Assembly: GCA_025361085.1 (NCBI GenBank)
Contig: JANYAX010000036.1
Location: 7,208-71,207, forward strand
Origin: Candidatus Nomurabacteria bacterium
GTDB taxonomy: Bacteria; Patescibacteriota; Minisyncoccia; Phycocordibacterales; UBA9973
Reading direction: 5' to 3'
DNA: 64,000 nt
Both the position numbers and the translations under genes were made by a program. Of this stretch, positions 1-9,667 are shown one piece after another. Every line of letters starts with the position of its first letter. Positions within the stretch are counted from its first letter, which is position 1. The notes under the pieces were generated by a model. That model was not told where the DNA came from. It searched no databases and saw only the letters and a list, made by a program, of their open reading frames with translations.

Positions 1-85
1 TTCTAAAAATTATAAATTATTATTTAAAATAAAAAATTGCGTCGCGCTAAAAGGACGATTGCGCGACATGATTTCGTAAAATCAT

Positions 86-2020
86 ATGTCAAAAATCATA
101 GGTATAGATTTGGGTACAACAAATAGTGCGGTTGCGATCATCGAAGGTGGTCAACCAAAAATTATAGAAAATATAGAAGGTGCACGAACAACTCCTTCGG
201 TTGTTACTATTGCAAAAAACGGTGACAGAATGGTTGGGCTTCTTGCAAAACGTCAAGCGGTTACCAACCCAGAAAATACAGTTTATGGAATTAAAAGATT
301 TATCGGTCACTTGTATGATGATCCAGAAATTCAGAAAGATGAGAAAACTATTCCATACAAAATTCAAAAAGGTTCAACTGGTGGAGTTGAAGTTAAAATG
401 GCAGACCAGTGGCTTCGTCCCGAAGAAATTTCGGCTAAAATTTTAGCAAAGATTAAAGCCGATGTCGAAGCAAAACTCGGAGAGAAAATTACTGAGGCCG
501 TTATCACTGTCCCAGCATATTTCAATGACGCTCAAAGAAAAGCAACAAAAGACGCTGGAGTTATTGCTGGGCTCGATGTAAAAAGAATTATTAATGAACC
601 AACGGCTGCTGCTCTTGCTTATGGTTTCAACACAAAGAAAAATGAAAAGATAGTCGTCTATGACTTTGGGGGTGGAACATTCGATGTCTCAGTTCTTGAA
701 GTTGGGGATGATGTTATCGAAGTAAAATCTACCGATGGTGATTCACACATGGGTGGTGAAGATATTGATCAAAAGATTGTGAAGTGGATTGCCGATGAAT
801 ACAAAAAAGAATCTGGTATCGATGTCACAAAAGACATGCTTGCGCTTCAGCGCTTGAAAGAAGCAGCTGAAAAGACAAAGCACGAACTTTCTACAACGAT
901 GGAATCAGAAATAAATATTCCATTCATTACTTCCGATGCGCAAGGTCCCAAACATTTACTTCTAAAAATGACACGAGCCACTCTAGAATCACTTGCTGAA
1001 GAATATGTAACTCGCTCAATCGAAATTACAAAGCGAGCACTTGAAGCTTCTCCATTTAAAATGGGAGAGATAAATGAAATTATTCTCGTCGGTGGGCAAA
1101 CCAGAATGCCTATGATCGTTGAAGCAGTCAAGAAACTTTTTGGAAAAGAACCAAATCGTTCTATCAATCCAGACGAAGTTGTAGCTCTTGGTGCGGCTGT
1201 CCAAGCTGGAGTCTTGCAAGGTGATGTGCGTGATGTTCTACTTCTTGATGTTATTCCTCTTTCACTTGGAATTGAAACACTAGGTGGCGTTTCTACAAAA
1301 TTAGTAGATCGCAACACAACAATCCCAAGCTCAAAATCACAAACATTCTCAACTGCCGCCGATAATCAAACTTCTGTTGAGATTCATATTACTCAAGGAG
1401 AAAGACCGATGGCAGGTGACAACAAATCACTTGGTAGATTTATTCTTGATGGTATTCCACCTGCACCAAGAGGTATGCCACAAATCGAAGTTACTTTCGA
1501 TGTAGATGCTAATGGAATTCTGAACGTTAAGGCGAAAGACAAAGCCTCAGGCAAAGAACAATCAATTCGCATTGAAGCAAGTTCTGGCCTTACAGATGCC
1601 GATATCAAGAAGATGAAAGATGAAGCTGAAGTTCACGCCGAAGAAGATGCAAAGAAAAAAGAATTAGCTGATGAAAAGAATACTGCTGAGATGATGATCT
1701 TCACAGCTGAAAAATCATTAAAAGAATATGGTGATAAAATTCCTGCTGATGTTAAAAAAGGAGTTGAAGATAAAATTGCAGATGTCAGAAAAGCAAAAGA
1801 TGGTAGTGATTTACAATCTATTAAAACTGCGCTTGAGAGTTTGTCTACAGAACTTTCTAAAGTTGGAGAAATAATGAATAAGGCAAATGCTGAAGCTGCT
1901 CAAAACCCAAATCCTACTCCAGAAACTCAAGGAGAAGAAATCAAAGATGCCGAAACTACTGAAAGTAGTACAGGTGCCGACAACGGAGGTGCAGAAGTAA
2001 AAGAAGAAGGAAGTAAATAA
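86..2020 (+). CDS. dnaK: Molecular chaperone DnaK (Hsp70)
   Basis: 644 aa; N-terminal IDLGTTNS ATPase motif, DLGGGTFD, C-terminal lid with acidic tail; canonical Hsp70 throughout. Confidence 0.95.
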   Translation: MSKIIGIDLGTTNSAVAIIEGGQPKIIENIEGARTTPSVVTIAKNGDRMVGLLAKRQAVTNPENTVYGIKRFIGHLYDDPEIQKDEKTIPYKIQKGSTGGVEVKMADQWLRPEEISAKILAKIKADVEAKLGEKITEAVITVPAYFNDAQRKATKDAGVIAGLDVKRIINEPTAAALAYGFNTKKNEKIVVYDFGGGTFDVSVLEVGDDVIEVKSTDGDSHMGGEDIDQKIVKWIADEYKKESGIDVTKDMLALQRLKEAAEKTKHELSTTMESEINIPFITSDAQGPKHLLLKMTRATLESLAEEYVTRSIEITKRALEASPFKMGEINEIILVGGQTRMPMIVEAVKKLFGKEPNRSINPDEVVALGAAVQAGVLQGDVRDVLLLDVIPLSLGIETLGGVSTKLVDRNTTIPSSKSQTFSTAADNQTSVEIHITQGERPMAGDNKSLGRFILDGIPPAPRGMPQIEVTFDVDANGILNVKAKDKASGKEQSIRIEASSGLTDADIKKMKDEAEVHAEEDAKKKELADEKNTAEMMIFTAEKSLKEYGDKIPADVKKGVEDKIADVRKAKDGSDLQSIKTALESLSTELSKVGEIMNKANAEAAQNPNPTPETQGEEIKDAETTESSTGADNGGAEVKEEGSK

Positions 2021-2154
2021 AGTATGGCTTCTTTCCGAATAGCTCTTCCCAGAGGGTACGAAAATTTTTTGCTAAAAATTTTCTCGGTTCTCGCTCCGTC
2101 GAGCTCCAAAGCCCCTCTGGTAAGACTATTCAGAAATACGCCTACAATACAACT

Positions 2155-3243
2155 ATGTCAAAAGATTATTACAATACACTTGGTGTTGACAAGAGTGCTT
2201 CGAAGGAAGAAATCAAGAAAGCATTTCACAAGCAAGCTCATAAATATCACCCCGATAAAAATAAAGGTGATGATAGTAAATTCAAGGAAGTGAATGAAGC
2301 TTACCAGGTTCTTTCTGATGACCAGAAACGTGCAAGATATGACCAATTCGGTTCTACCGATGGCCCAATGGGTGGTGGTTATGGTGGAGGTCAGCAAGGT
2401 GGATTTGGTGGATTTGACTTTTCAGGTTTTCAGAATGGTCAAGGTTTCGATATGGGAGATCTCGGAGATATTTTCGGAGATTTCTTTGGTGGCGGAATGG
2501 GGCGAGGTACAAAAAATGTACGTCGTGGAAGAGATATCCAAACTGAAATTGATTTAACTTTCGAAGAATCAGTTTTTGGCGTTAATAAGAATATTTCAAT
2601 CACTAAACAATCTACTTGCGATATTTGTAAAGGAACTGGTGGAAAAGTTGGTACGAAAATGAATACTTGTAAAACTTGTAATGGACAAGGGAAAGTGCGT
2701 GAAGTTCGTCGCTCGATACTTGGTTCATTTGAAACTACTAAAACTTGTGAGACTTGTTTAGGTTCAGGCAAAGTTTCATCAGAGAAATGTTCTAACTGTC
2801 ATGGCATAGGTGTTCTAAGAAAGCAATCAGAAATAAATATCGGCGTTCCATCTGGAATAAATGATGGGGAGATGCTAAAGATGGCAGGTGCGGGTGAAGA
2901 TATTCAAGGTGGTAAATCTGGTGATTTATATATAAAAGTAAGAGTTAAACCTCATGCAATTTATAAGCGAGATAGTCTTAATCTGACGATGGATTTGCCA
3001 ATTAAACTTACCGATGCACTTCTTGGTATGGTTTATAATTTGAAAACATTGGAAGGGAACACGATCGAAGTTAAAATTCCTGAAGGTATAAATCATAATG
3101 AATTACTTAGAGTTAGAGGCAGAGGTGTGCCATCGAGCCGTGGACGCGGTGATATAATAATTCGTATTCAAGTCAAAATGCCGACAAAACTTTCACGAAG
3201 AGAAAAAGAATTAATTGAAAAATTAAAAGAAGAAGGCCTCTAA
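2155..3243 (+). CDS. dnaJ: Chaperone DnaJ (Hsp40)
   Basis: J-domain with HPD (KYHPDKN); Gly/Phe-rich linker; four CxxCxGxG zinc-finger repeats; directly downstream of dnaK. Confidence 0.93.
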   Translation: MSKDYYNTLGVDKSASKEEIKKAFHKQAHKYHPDKNKGDDSKFKEVNEAYQVLSDDQKRARYDQFGSTDGPMGGGYGGGQQGGFGGFDFSGFQNGQGFDMGDLGDIFGDFFGGGMGRGTKNVRRGRDIQTEIDLTFEESVFGVNKNISITKQSTCDICKGTGGKVGTKMNTCKTCNGQGKVREVRRSILGSFETTKTCETCLGSGKVSSEKCSNCHGIGVLRKQSEINIGVPSGINDGEMLKMAGAGEDIQGGKSGDLYIKVRVKPHAIYKRDSLNLTMDLPIKLTDALLGMVYNLKTLEGNTIEVKIPEGINHNELLRVRGRGVPSSRGRGDIIIRIQVKMPTKLSRREKELIEKLKEEGL

Positions 3244-3245
3244 TT

Positions 3246-3276
3246 CTCCAGATAGTGGCAAGGCCACTATCTGGAG
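3246..3276. repeat. Perfect palindromic hairpin CTCCAGATAGTGG-CAAGG-CCACTATCTGGAG, 3 nt after dnaJ stop; member of a 2-copy family (second copy 20186..20218)
   Basis: 27-nt core ccagatagtggcaaggccactatctgg identical at both loci; outer stem bases differ but stay complementary (ctc/gag vs ccc/ggg); no U-tract follows. Confidence 0.6.
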
Positions 3277-3363
3277 GAGGGAAAACCTTTACTTATCGCT
3301 CATTTTTGCTATGATTGTTAATATTATTATTTATTACAGGTCGTAGACCTGATATATAAAGAG

Positions 3364-4755
3364 ATGAATAAAAGTTCTAAGGCTGCAAAGAAGCTCTGGA
3401 AAATTGGTTCTAAAGATTTCAACACTCAATATTTTGATTACAATAAAGAGGGTGATTTAATTATTAAAGAAGGACACAATATTTATAATGTTCGTTATTT
3501 GGCAGAGAAATTCGGCACTTCACTAGAAATTCTCATGCCTTTTGTTATTGAGGAGAGATTAGAAGATTTTCTAGATCTTGCCGCGGCCATATCAAAGAAA
3601 GTAGAATTTAAAGGTAAATTCTTTTATAACTACCCGATGAAGGTCAATCAAAGCAAGGAGATAGTCATGTCTGTTGTTGGTGAAGGAGCACACCTTGAAA
3701 CGTCATCATACAATGAACTTTGGATGGTTAAAAAAATGCTAGAACAAGAAAAGTTCAATCCGAACATTCGTATACTTTGTTCAGGTCCAAAAACTGATAG
3801 CTATATAAATCTTATCGATGAATTACAACATAAAGGTGTAAAAATTTTTCCTTTGATCGAAGGACCAAACGAATTAAAGTTTTTACAATATTCTAAATAT
3901 GATGTCGGTATACGTCTCGATATCCCAGTGAAAGCAAGTTCTAGATGGAATAAACCAGTAGACAGATTTGGTTTCTCAGCAAAAGAAATTTTGGACATGG
4001 GATCGTTTAAGAATTTGAAAATTCTTCACTATCATGTTGGATCGCAAATTGAAAAACTTAATGATGTTTTGATTCCGATTAAATATGCGCTTGATGTTTA
4101 CTTCAAACTCAAAGAAAAAAATCCATCGCTTGATACTCTTGATATCGGAGGAGGGATGCCGATACCTTACGAGAGAACAAAAGGTTATCCTGTCGAAAAG
4201 TTAATGGAAAGAATACTTAAATTAGTCAAAACAGAATCAGAAAAGCGCGGGCTTCCACATCCAAATTTGATTTGTGAATGGGGTAGATATATGGTTGCTC
4301 CAGCGCAAATTACAGTTTACAAAGTTATTGATACAAAAAGAATAAAACATAAAGCCAGTCCTGCCACAAAATGGTATGTTATTGATGGTAGTTTTATGAA
4401 TGATCTTCCAGACACTTGGGCCATCGATCAAAAATGGGCAATTGCTCCTGTAAATAATAAAAGAGACGGTAATCTAAATGAAGTTTGGCTTGCTGGCTCC
4501 TCCTGTGATTCTGATGATATATATAAAGGATTGAAAGAAACTCTCACCTTACCAGTATTCGATATGAACGGTGAAAATGACGGTGCTGGACCAATGTATA
4601 TTGTTGTGTTTGATACAGGTGCTTATCAGACATCTCTTGCTGCACAACATTGCATGCTATCATCACCGATGAAAATAGTGGTAGAAAATGGCCACATCGT
4701 CGTTGTAAAAAAACGTGAGTCAGCTGAAGATGTTGGTAAAACTTTCGGATGGTAA
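3364..4755 (+). CDS. PLP-dependent group IV (alanine-racemase fold) basic amino acid decarboxylase; likely arginine decarboxylase given neighbours
   Basis: 463 aa; YPMKVN PLP-lysine region, GGGMP, HYHVGSQ, EWGRY, CDSDD motifs typical of the Orn/DAP/Arg decarboxylase family. Confidence 0.7.
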   Translation: MNKSSKAAKKLWKIGSKDFNTQYFDYNKEGDLIIKEGHNIYNVRYLAEKFGTSLEILMPFVIEERLEDFLDLAAAISKKVEFKGKFFYNYPMKVNQSKEIVMSVVGEGAHLETSSYNELWMVKKMLEQEKFNPNIRILCSGPKTDSYINLIDELQHKGVKIFPLIEGPNELKFLQYSKYDVGIRLDIPVKASSRWNKPVDRFGFSAKEILDMGSFKNLKILHYHVGSQIEKLNDVLIPIKYALDVYFKLKEKNPSLDTLDIGGGMPIPYERTKGYPVEKLMERILKLVKTESEKRGLPHPNLICEWGRYMVAPAQITVYKVIDTKRIKHKASPATKWYVIDGSFMNDLPDTWAIDQKWAIAPVNNKRDGNLNEVWLAGSSCDSDDIYKGLKETLTLPVFDMNGENDGAGPMYIVVFDTGAYQTSLAAQHCMLSSPMKIVVENGHIVVVKKRESAEDVGKTFGW

Positions 4756-4796
4756 TTAATTAGGTTCTAGTACCTAGTTTCTAGGAGTTAGAAAAA

Positions 4797-4904
4797 GGGG
4801 TAGCATTATGAAAAATTATGAGTAGGTGTGGGCGCGCCGGAGCCTCGAGTGTACTCACGAGAGGTGGAGAGGGATAAGCGAATAATTTTTCATAATGCTA
4901 CCCC
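4797..4904. repeat. GC-rich approximately 66-nt core flanked by perfect 21-bp inverted repeats (GGGGTAGCATTATGAAAAATT / AATTTTTCATAATGCTACCCC); candidate structured RNA or MITE-like element
   Basis: Inverted repeat read directly; core gagtaggtgtgggcgcgccggagcctcgagtgtactcacgagaggtggagagggataagcg is far more GC-rich than its surroundings and contains the internal hairpin CTCG-AGTGTACTCA-CGAG. Confidence 0.5.
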
Positions 4905-4941
4905 TTTTATTATAAAATCATTGTGATAAAATATATACATT

Positions 4942-5961
4942 ATGAATACAAATTTAAACACTTTAGAATTTATTCTAAAAAATTATAAGAATTTCAATGC
5001 ACGTGCGACGAAAGACGCAACTATTTCGTATTGGCGTCATATTGAAAAGGGTGGAAAAATGTTTTGGGCCATGGGTGGGGCGATGTCTTCTGCTCAGCTT
5101 GGAATAACACTTGCGCCTGCAATCCGAAGTGGTTTGATTTCGGGAATGTCTGTGACAGGAGCGAACCTCGAAGAATCACTCTTCCGTCTTGTTGCTCACA
5201 AGAGTTACAAAGATTTTCCTGATTATCGATATTTTACTAAAGAAGATGACACAAAAATTCTCGAAGACCGCATGCGTCGCGTGACAGATACAAGTATCCC
5301 AGAAGATGAAGCATTTCGTGTTGTCGAGAAACAAATTGTCCCTACTTGGAAGACAGCCACAGTAGATGGCACAAGAAAGTTTTGGCATGAATATTTCTAC
5401 GAGCTTATTCAATCGATTGATAAAGAAAAGCACGAAGGAAGTGCCGATGAATGTTGGTTACTTGCAGCAGCCGAGAAAAATATTCCAATTGTAGTTCCTG
5501 GATATGAAGATTCAACTTTTGGAAATATTTTTGCTTCATATGTAAAGACTGGTGAATGCAGTGCAAATATTGCAAAATCCGGAGTTGAATACATGTGTGC
5601 TTGGTATGACCAATATCAGAAATTATCCGAAGGTCAGGGTGTCGGGTTCTTCCAAATTGGTGGTGGTATATCTGGGGATTTTCCAATCTGTGTAGTCCCT
5701 TCTATCAAATATGATCTGCAAAAAGATGTTAAACCATGGGCATATTTCTGCCAAATTTCTGATTCGACAACTTCATATGGTTCATATTCAGGGGCAACTC
5801 CAAATGAGAAAATTACTTGGGATAAACTTACAAAAGACACTCCAATGTTTGTCATCGAATCCGATGCAACTATCGTCGTTCCTCTAGTACTAAATGCACT
5901 TATGGAATGCCAAGCAAACCCAGCTGAAGCAAATAAATTAATAGAAAAGTACACAGCATAA
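4942..5961 (+). CDS. Deoxyhypusine synthase-like protein (DHS family; possible aminobutyl transferase / homospermidine-type synthase)
   Basis: 339 aa, DHS-typical length; VTGANLEES resembles the DHS VTTAGG-EED NAD-region motif; sits between a decarboxylase and an agmatinase-family gene. Confidence 0.6.
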   Translation: MNTNLNTLEFILKNYKNFNARATKDATISYWRHIEKGGKMFWAMGGAMSSAQLGITLAPAIRSGLISGMSVTGANLEESLFRLVAHKSYKDFPDYRYFTKEDDTKILEDRMRRVTDTSIPEDEAFRVVEKQIVPTWKTATVDGTRKFWHEYFYELIQSIDKEKHEGSADECWLLAAAEKNIPIVVPGYEDSTFGNIFASYVKTGECSANIAKSGVEYMCAWYDQYQKLSEGQGVGFFQIGGGISGDFPICVVPSIKYDLQKDVKPWAYFCQISDSTTSYGSYSGATPNEKITWDKLTKDTPMFVIESDATIVVPLVLNALMECQANPAEANKLIEKYTA

Positions 5962-5973
5962 ATAATTTTTGAA

Positions 5974-7026
5974 ATGGACAACAAAAAAATTATAGAAAAA
6001 AAAATATCAAATTTTAACCCAAATGAAAGTGGTGAACTTCATGAGGGAATTTTTGGTTTGCCATTTAGTGTAAATGAATCTAAATTAATTCTTGTACCGG
6101 TGCCATGGGAAGCAACAACTACTTATGGTGATGGAGCCTCATATGGTCCTAAATCAATATTAGAAGCCTCACAGCAAATAGATTTATATGATTCAATATA
6201 TCCAGATGGTTGGAAGGAGGGAATTGCGATGCAAGATATTCCGATGAATATATTTAAAAAGAGTGAAGAAATTGGCGAAAAGACAAATGAATATGTAAGA
6301 AAATATAACGAAAGACAAATTGATAAAACATTACAAAATGAAATAAATAAAGCGGGTGAAGAATTAAATAAATATGTTAAACAAGTTACTTCCGATTTTT
6401 TAAATAAAGACAAGATTGTTGGAGTTATTGGAGGGGAACATAGTGTTCCACTTGGGTATATTGAAGCTTTGTCAGAAAAATATGAAGATTTTGGTATTTT
6501 GCACATTGACGCACATTCTGATCTCAGAGAAGCATATCAAGGTCTTACTTATTCTCATGCGTCTATATTTTATAATGTTTTAAAAATTAAAAATGTCTCT
6601 AGTCTTGTTCAGTTCGGTGTTCGAGATTTTTGTGAAGATGAATTCAATCTTATTCAAAAAAATGAAAAACGTATATTTCTTTTCACTGATTATGAAATAA
6701 AGAAAAAAATATTTAGAGGAACGACAATAAAAAAAGAATTTAATGAAATAATTAAAAAACTTCCCCAAAATGTATATGTCTCTTTTGATATCGATGGCCT
6801 TATTCCTTATCTAAGTCCTAATACTGGTACGCCTGTAGTGGGTGGTTTCACTATTGAAGAAGTTGTCTTTTTGATTGAAGAAGTTGTTAATTCTGGTAGA
6901 AAAATAATAGGCTTTGATTTGTGTGAGGTTTCCCCAGGAGAAAATATCAATAATAAATGGGATGGAAACGTTGGGGCAAGAGTTTTGTATAAGCTTTGTC
7001 AGCTTACATTAAAAAGCCAGAAGTAG
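5974..7026 (+). CDS. Arginase/agmatinase-family ureohydrolase (agmatinase-like)
   Basis: 350 aa; Mn-binding motifs GGEHS, HIDAHSDL, SFDIDGL..P..GTP characteristic of the ureohydrolase family. Confidence 0.75.
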   Translation: MDNKKIIEKKISNFNPNESGELHEGIFGLPFSVNESKLILVPVPWEATTTYGDGASYGPKSILEASQQIDLYDSIYPDGWKEGIAMQDIPMNIFKKSEEIGEKTNEYVRKYNERQIDKTLQNEINKAGEELNKYVKQVTSDFLNKDKIVGVIGGEHSVPLGYIEALSEKYEDFGILHIDAHSDLREAYQGLTYSHASIFYNVLKIKNVSSLVQFGVRDFCEDEFNLIQKNEKRIFLFTDYEIKKKIFRGTTIKKEFNEIIKKLPQNVYVSFDIDGLIPYLSPNTGTPVVGGFTIEEVVFLIEEVVNSGRKIIGFDLCEVSPGENINNKWDGNVGARVLYKLCQLTLKSQK

Positions 7027-7083
7027 AAATTATAAATCAACTCACTGTATCACACAGCAAGAACCAAATTTGTAAAAAAATAT

Positions 7084-7114
7084 AAGGCGTACAAATAATG
7101 TACGCCTTTTATTT
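7084..7114. terminator. Bidirectional rho-independent terminator hairpin (AAGGCGTACA-aataa-TGTACGCCTT) between convergent genes
   Basis: 10-bp perfect stem flanked by A-run upstream and T-run downstream. Confidence 0.55.
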
Positions 7115-7512
7115 TAATAATTGTTGTCATTGAGAACCTTCATCAAACCGACAGGCACTCCAATGCATCCAAATATTCCCCACGCAACATAAATTGGGGT
7201 TATTGATTTTATCATAAAACCAAAAATTACCCCCAGAATTGTTGCACCAACGAAGAGTATTAAATATATTATTACTAATTCTTTTAATACTTTTTTCCAA
7301 ACTTTTTCTCTTTTCATTGTTTCCTCCTTTTTGTTTGCTCTCTCATCCTTTTTACGAAGATAAAGAAGACTCATGGATCTTCTTGCTTTTTGTTTTGCTG
7401 TCAGTCTCATCTTTTGATTGTTTTTAAGATTAATTGAATTGTGTTTACCTCCGACAAAAGTTGGGGACAAAAATAATTTAACTAATAAATGAAAAGAATT
7501 TTCAAGGAACAA
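7114..7512 (-). CDS. Small membrane protein (2 TM at C-terminus); true start probably an internal Met
   Basis: ORF with basic N-terminal region and hydrophobic C-terminal half; no recognisable family. Confidence 0.35.
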   Translation of the reverse strand: MFLENSFHLLVKLFLSPTFVGGKHNSINLKNNQKMRLTAKQKARRSMSLLYLRKKDERANKKEETMKREKVWKKVLKELVIIYLILFVGATILGVIFGFMIKSITPIYVAWGIFGCIGVPVGLMKVLNDNNY

Positions 7513-7647
7513 TTAATTCTGTGTGAAGTATAGCACAATACATAATACATGTCAAGTATTTTGAGTAATATGAATTGACTTTATTAAATATATCAAGTAA
7601 AATATATTTAGTTTGATAAGTTTTATTATTATTAAATTAAAATATTT

Positions 7648-8232
7648 ATGAGAATTGCAAGAAGTGAACAGATCGCGTTTTCAAGTATACTCTTTGATTC
7701 ATTGTTTGGGCTAGTACTTTTTTTTAGTATTGATTCTATTCTTGATATAAAGAATCCGACCAGTTTGTTTTTCTATTTATTTAGTATTATTATTTTGGCT
7801 CATTGGTGGCTAATGTTTAAATCATGCGATGACGCTTATAATGAAGAAGTTACCAACTCCGCACTCGATTTAATCATCGGTGTTGTTCAATTGATATTTA
7901 TTGAGTTTATAGTACTTGCATCACGCTCATCTGACTACATTTTGGCTACAAAATTTCTATTAGCGTTATTTATAATTGATTTGTTGTGGGCAGTAATTTG
8001 GCTTTATATAGGTAAATGGAGAACAGCAGATATTTCAAAAATTCATTTAATGGAAAAAGAATTAAAGTATAACATCTTAATTGATTCAATCGCTGTTGTT
8101 TTGTTCTTGCTGTTTATGTTTTTCTTTCAGTCGTTTATGCCAATATTTTTTGTTATTGGATTTGTAATAATCTATTTAATATACATAATTCTTTCTTTTA
8201 AATATAAAATTATTGATATAGATATATTCTAA
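7648..8232 (+). CDS. Polytopic membrane protein, unknown function
   Basis: 194 aa, 4-5 hydrophobic segments; sits upstream of SET-domain gene with a 10-nt gap. Confidence 0.4.
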   Translation: MRIARSEQIAFSSILFDSLFGLVLFFSIDSILDIKNPTSLFFYLFSIIILAHWWLMFKSCDDAYNEEVTNSALDLIIGVVQLIFIEFIVLASRSSDYILATKFLLALFIIDLLWAVIWLYIGKWRTADISKIHLMEKELKYNILIDSIAVVLFLLFMFFFQSFMPIFFVIGFVIIYLIYIILSFKYKIIDIDIF

Positions 8233-8241
8233 AAAGTTAAA

Positions 8242-8706
8242 ATGAATTATAAAAAAATTCTTAATCAAGTCAAAAAAAGGCCTCGTGTTCACGGTTATAT
8301 CTCTCCCAATACTGAAACAAAATTGAGCCTAATTCATGGATTAGGGTTGTTTTCAAAGAGAGTTATAAATAAGAACGAAATAGTTGCTGTGTGGGGTGGA
8401 TGTATTGCAACAAAAAACGAGATAGAAAAATTACCCAAAGATATTGGTTACGAATATGCACTTGAGATATATCCAGGGTATTATCTTGCTGAGGTGAAAG
8501 AGTCAGAATTAGATTCTTCTGACTTTGTAAATCATTCTTGCTCACCAAACTGTAAAATTGTAAATAAATTTACAATGATATCAAAACGAAAAATTAAAAA
8601 GGGGGAAGAACTAACGTCAGATTTTTCTAACCATAAAATGAACGGGCATAATTTCTTATGTAATTGTGGTGCCAAAAATTGTAAAAAAAAGACCTTTTTT
8701 AATTAA
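8242..8706 (+). CDS. Minimal SET-domain protein (putative protein-lysine methyltransferase)
   Basis: 154 aa; GLGLFS (GxG), NHSCSPNC (NHSCxPN), EELTSDF (ELxxDY-like) and post-SET CNCGAKNC (CxCx4C) all present in canonical order. Confidence 0.7.
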   Translation: MNYKKILNQVKKRPRVHGYISPNTETKLSLIHGLGLFSKRVINKNEIVAVWGGCIATKNEIEKLPKDIGYEYALEIYPGYYLAEVKESELDSSDFVNHSCSPNCKIVNKFTMISKRKIKKGEELTSDFSNHKMNGHNFLCNCGAKNCKKKTFFN

Positions 8707-8732
8707 AAGAGTAGATATGCTATAATACATAT

Positions 8733-9656
8733 ATGTCATGGTTTTTTATTGCACTGATTGGTCCATTTCTATATGCTTTAACAAATTATATAGATAAAAT
8801 TCTTTTAGAAAAATATTTTAAAGAAAGTGGTATTGGAACTATCTTGTTGTTTTCTTCGTTGATATCTATGTTTGCGCTACCTATTTTTCTGATTATAGAT
8901 AATACAGTTTTAGATGTTAATATAATAAATATTCTCATTCTCGCATTAAAAGGGACATTGGGGGTGGGAGTATTGTGGTTTTATTTAATGGCCTTAAAAA
9001 ATGAAGAGGCTTCAGTTGTTATTGTTTTTTATCAGCTTGTGCCAGTGTTTGGAGCAATATTAGGCTATTTTTTTCTTGGTGAAATACTAACAAAAATGCA
9101 AGTAATCTCTATGGCTATAATTATTTTAGGGACAATGATTATATCATTTGAAATAGATTCAGATAATCATTTTAGATTAAGAAAGAAAAACACTATTATC
9201 CCAATGATCGGAGCCTCTTTATTTTGGGCGACAGGAGGAGTTATTTTCAAATCTGTTGCGCTTAAAGAAAACTTATGGCGGTCATTATTTTGGGAACATG
9301 TAATGTTAGTGTTAGTTGGCATAATTATTTTTATTTTTGTAAGGTCATATCGCAATAGTTTTATTTTAGCGCTAAAAAATAATTCTAAAAATATTTTATC
9401 ACTCAATATTATAAATGAATTTATATATATATCTGGAAATGTTGCTGTAGCTTATGCGTATTTACTTGCTCCAATTGGACTTGTATTACTCACAGAATCT
9501 TTTCAACCGATCTTTGTTTTAATTATTGGAGTGATTTTAACTGCTTTATTCCCTAAAATTATAACCGAAAAAATGCAAGCAAAACATCTTTGGCAGAAAG
9601 TTATTGCTATTAGTATAACGGCACTAGGTACATATCTTTTGCTTTTTTATAAATAA
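8733..9656 (+). CDS. EamA/DMT-superfamily transporter (10 TM)
   Basis: 307 aa, two repeated 5-TM halves; typical drug/metabolite transporter topology. Confidence 0.65.
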   Translation: MSWFFIALIGPFLYALTNYIDKILLEKYFKESGIGTILLFSSLISMFALPIFLIIDNTVLDVNIINILILALKGTLGVGVLWFYLMALKNEEASVVIVFYQLVPVFGAILGYFFLGEILTKMQVISMAIIILGTMIISFEIDSDNHFRLRKKNTIIPMIGASLFWATGGVIFKSVALKENLWRSLFWEHVMLVLVGIIIFIFVRSYRNSFILALKNNSKNILSLNIINEFIYISGNVAVAYAYLLAPIGLVLLTESFQPIFVLIIGVILTALFPKIITEKMQAKHLWQKVIAISITALGTYLLLFYK

Positions 9657-9667
9657 TTTTATTTATT

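Noticed and set aside
89-1317. Antisense ORFs inside dnaK (89..367 -, 847..1317 -, 1016..1219 -, 1393..1608 -)
   Set aside because: Fully embedded in a strongly supported conserved gene on the opposite strand; low-complexity translations; typical spurious antisense frames.
2024-2293. 89-aa + strand ORF spanning the dnaK-dnaJ spacer
   Set aside because: Overlaps the dnaJ start and the structured intergenic region; no RBS; better explained as non-coding.
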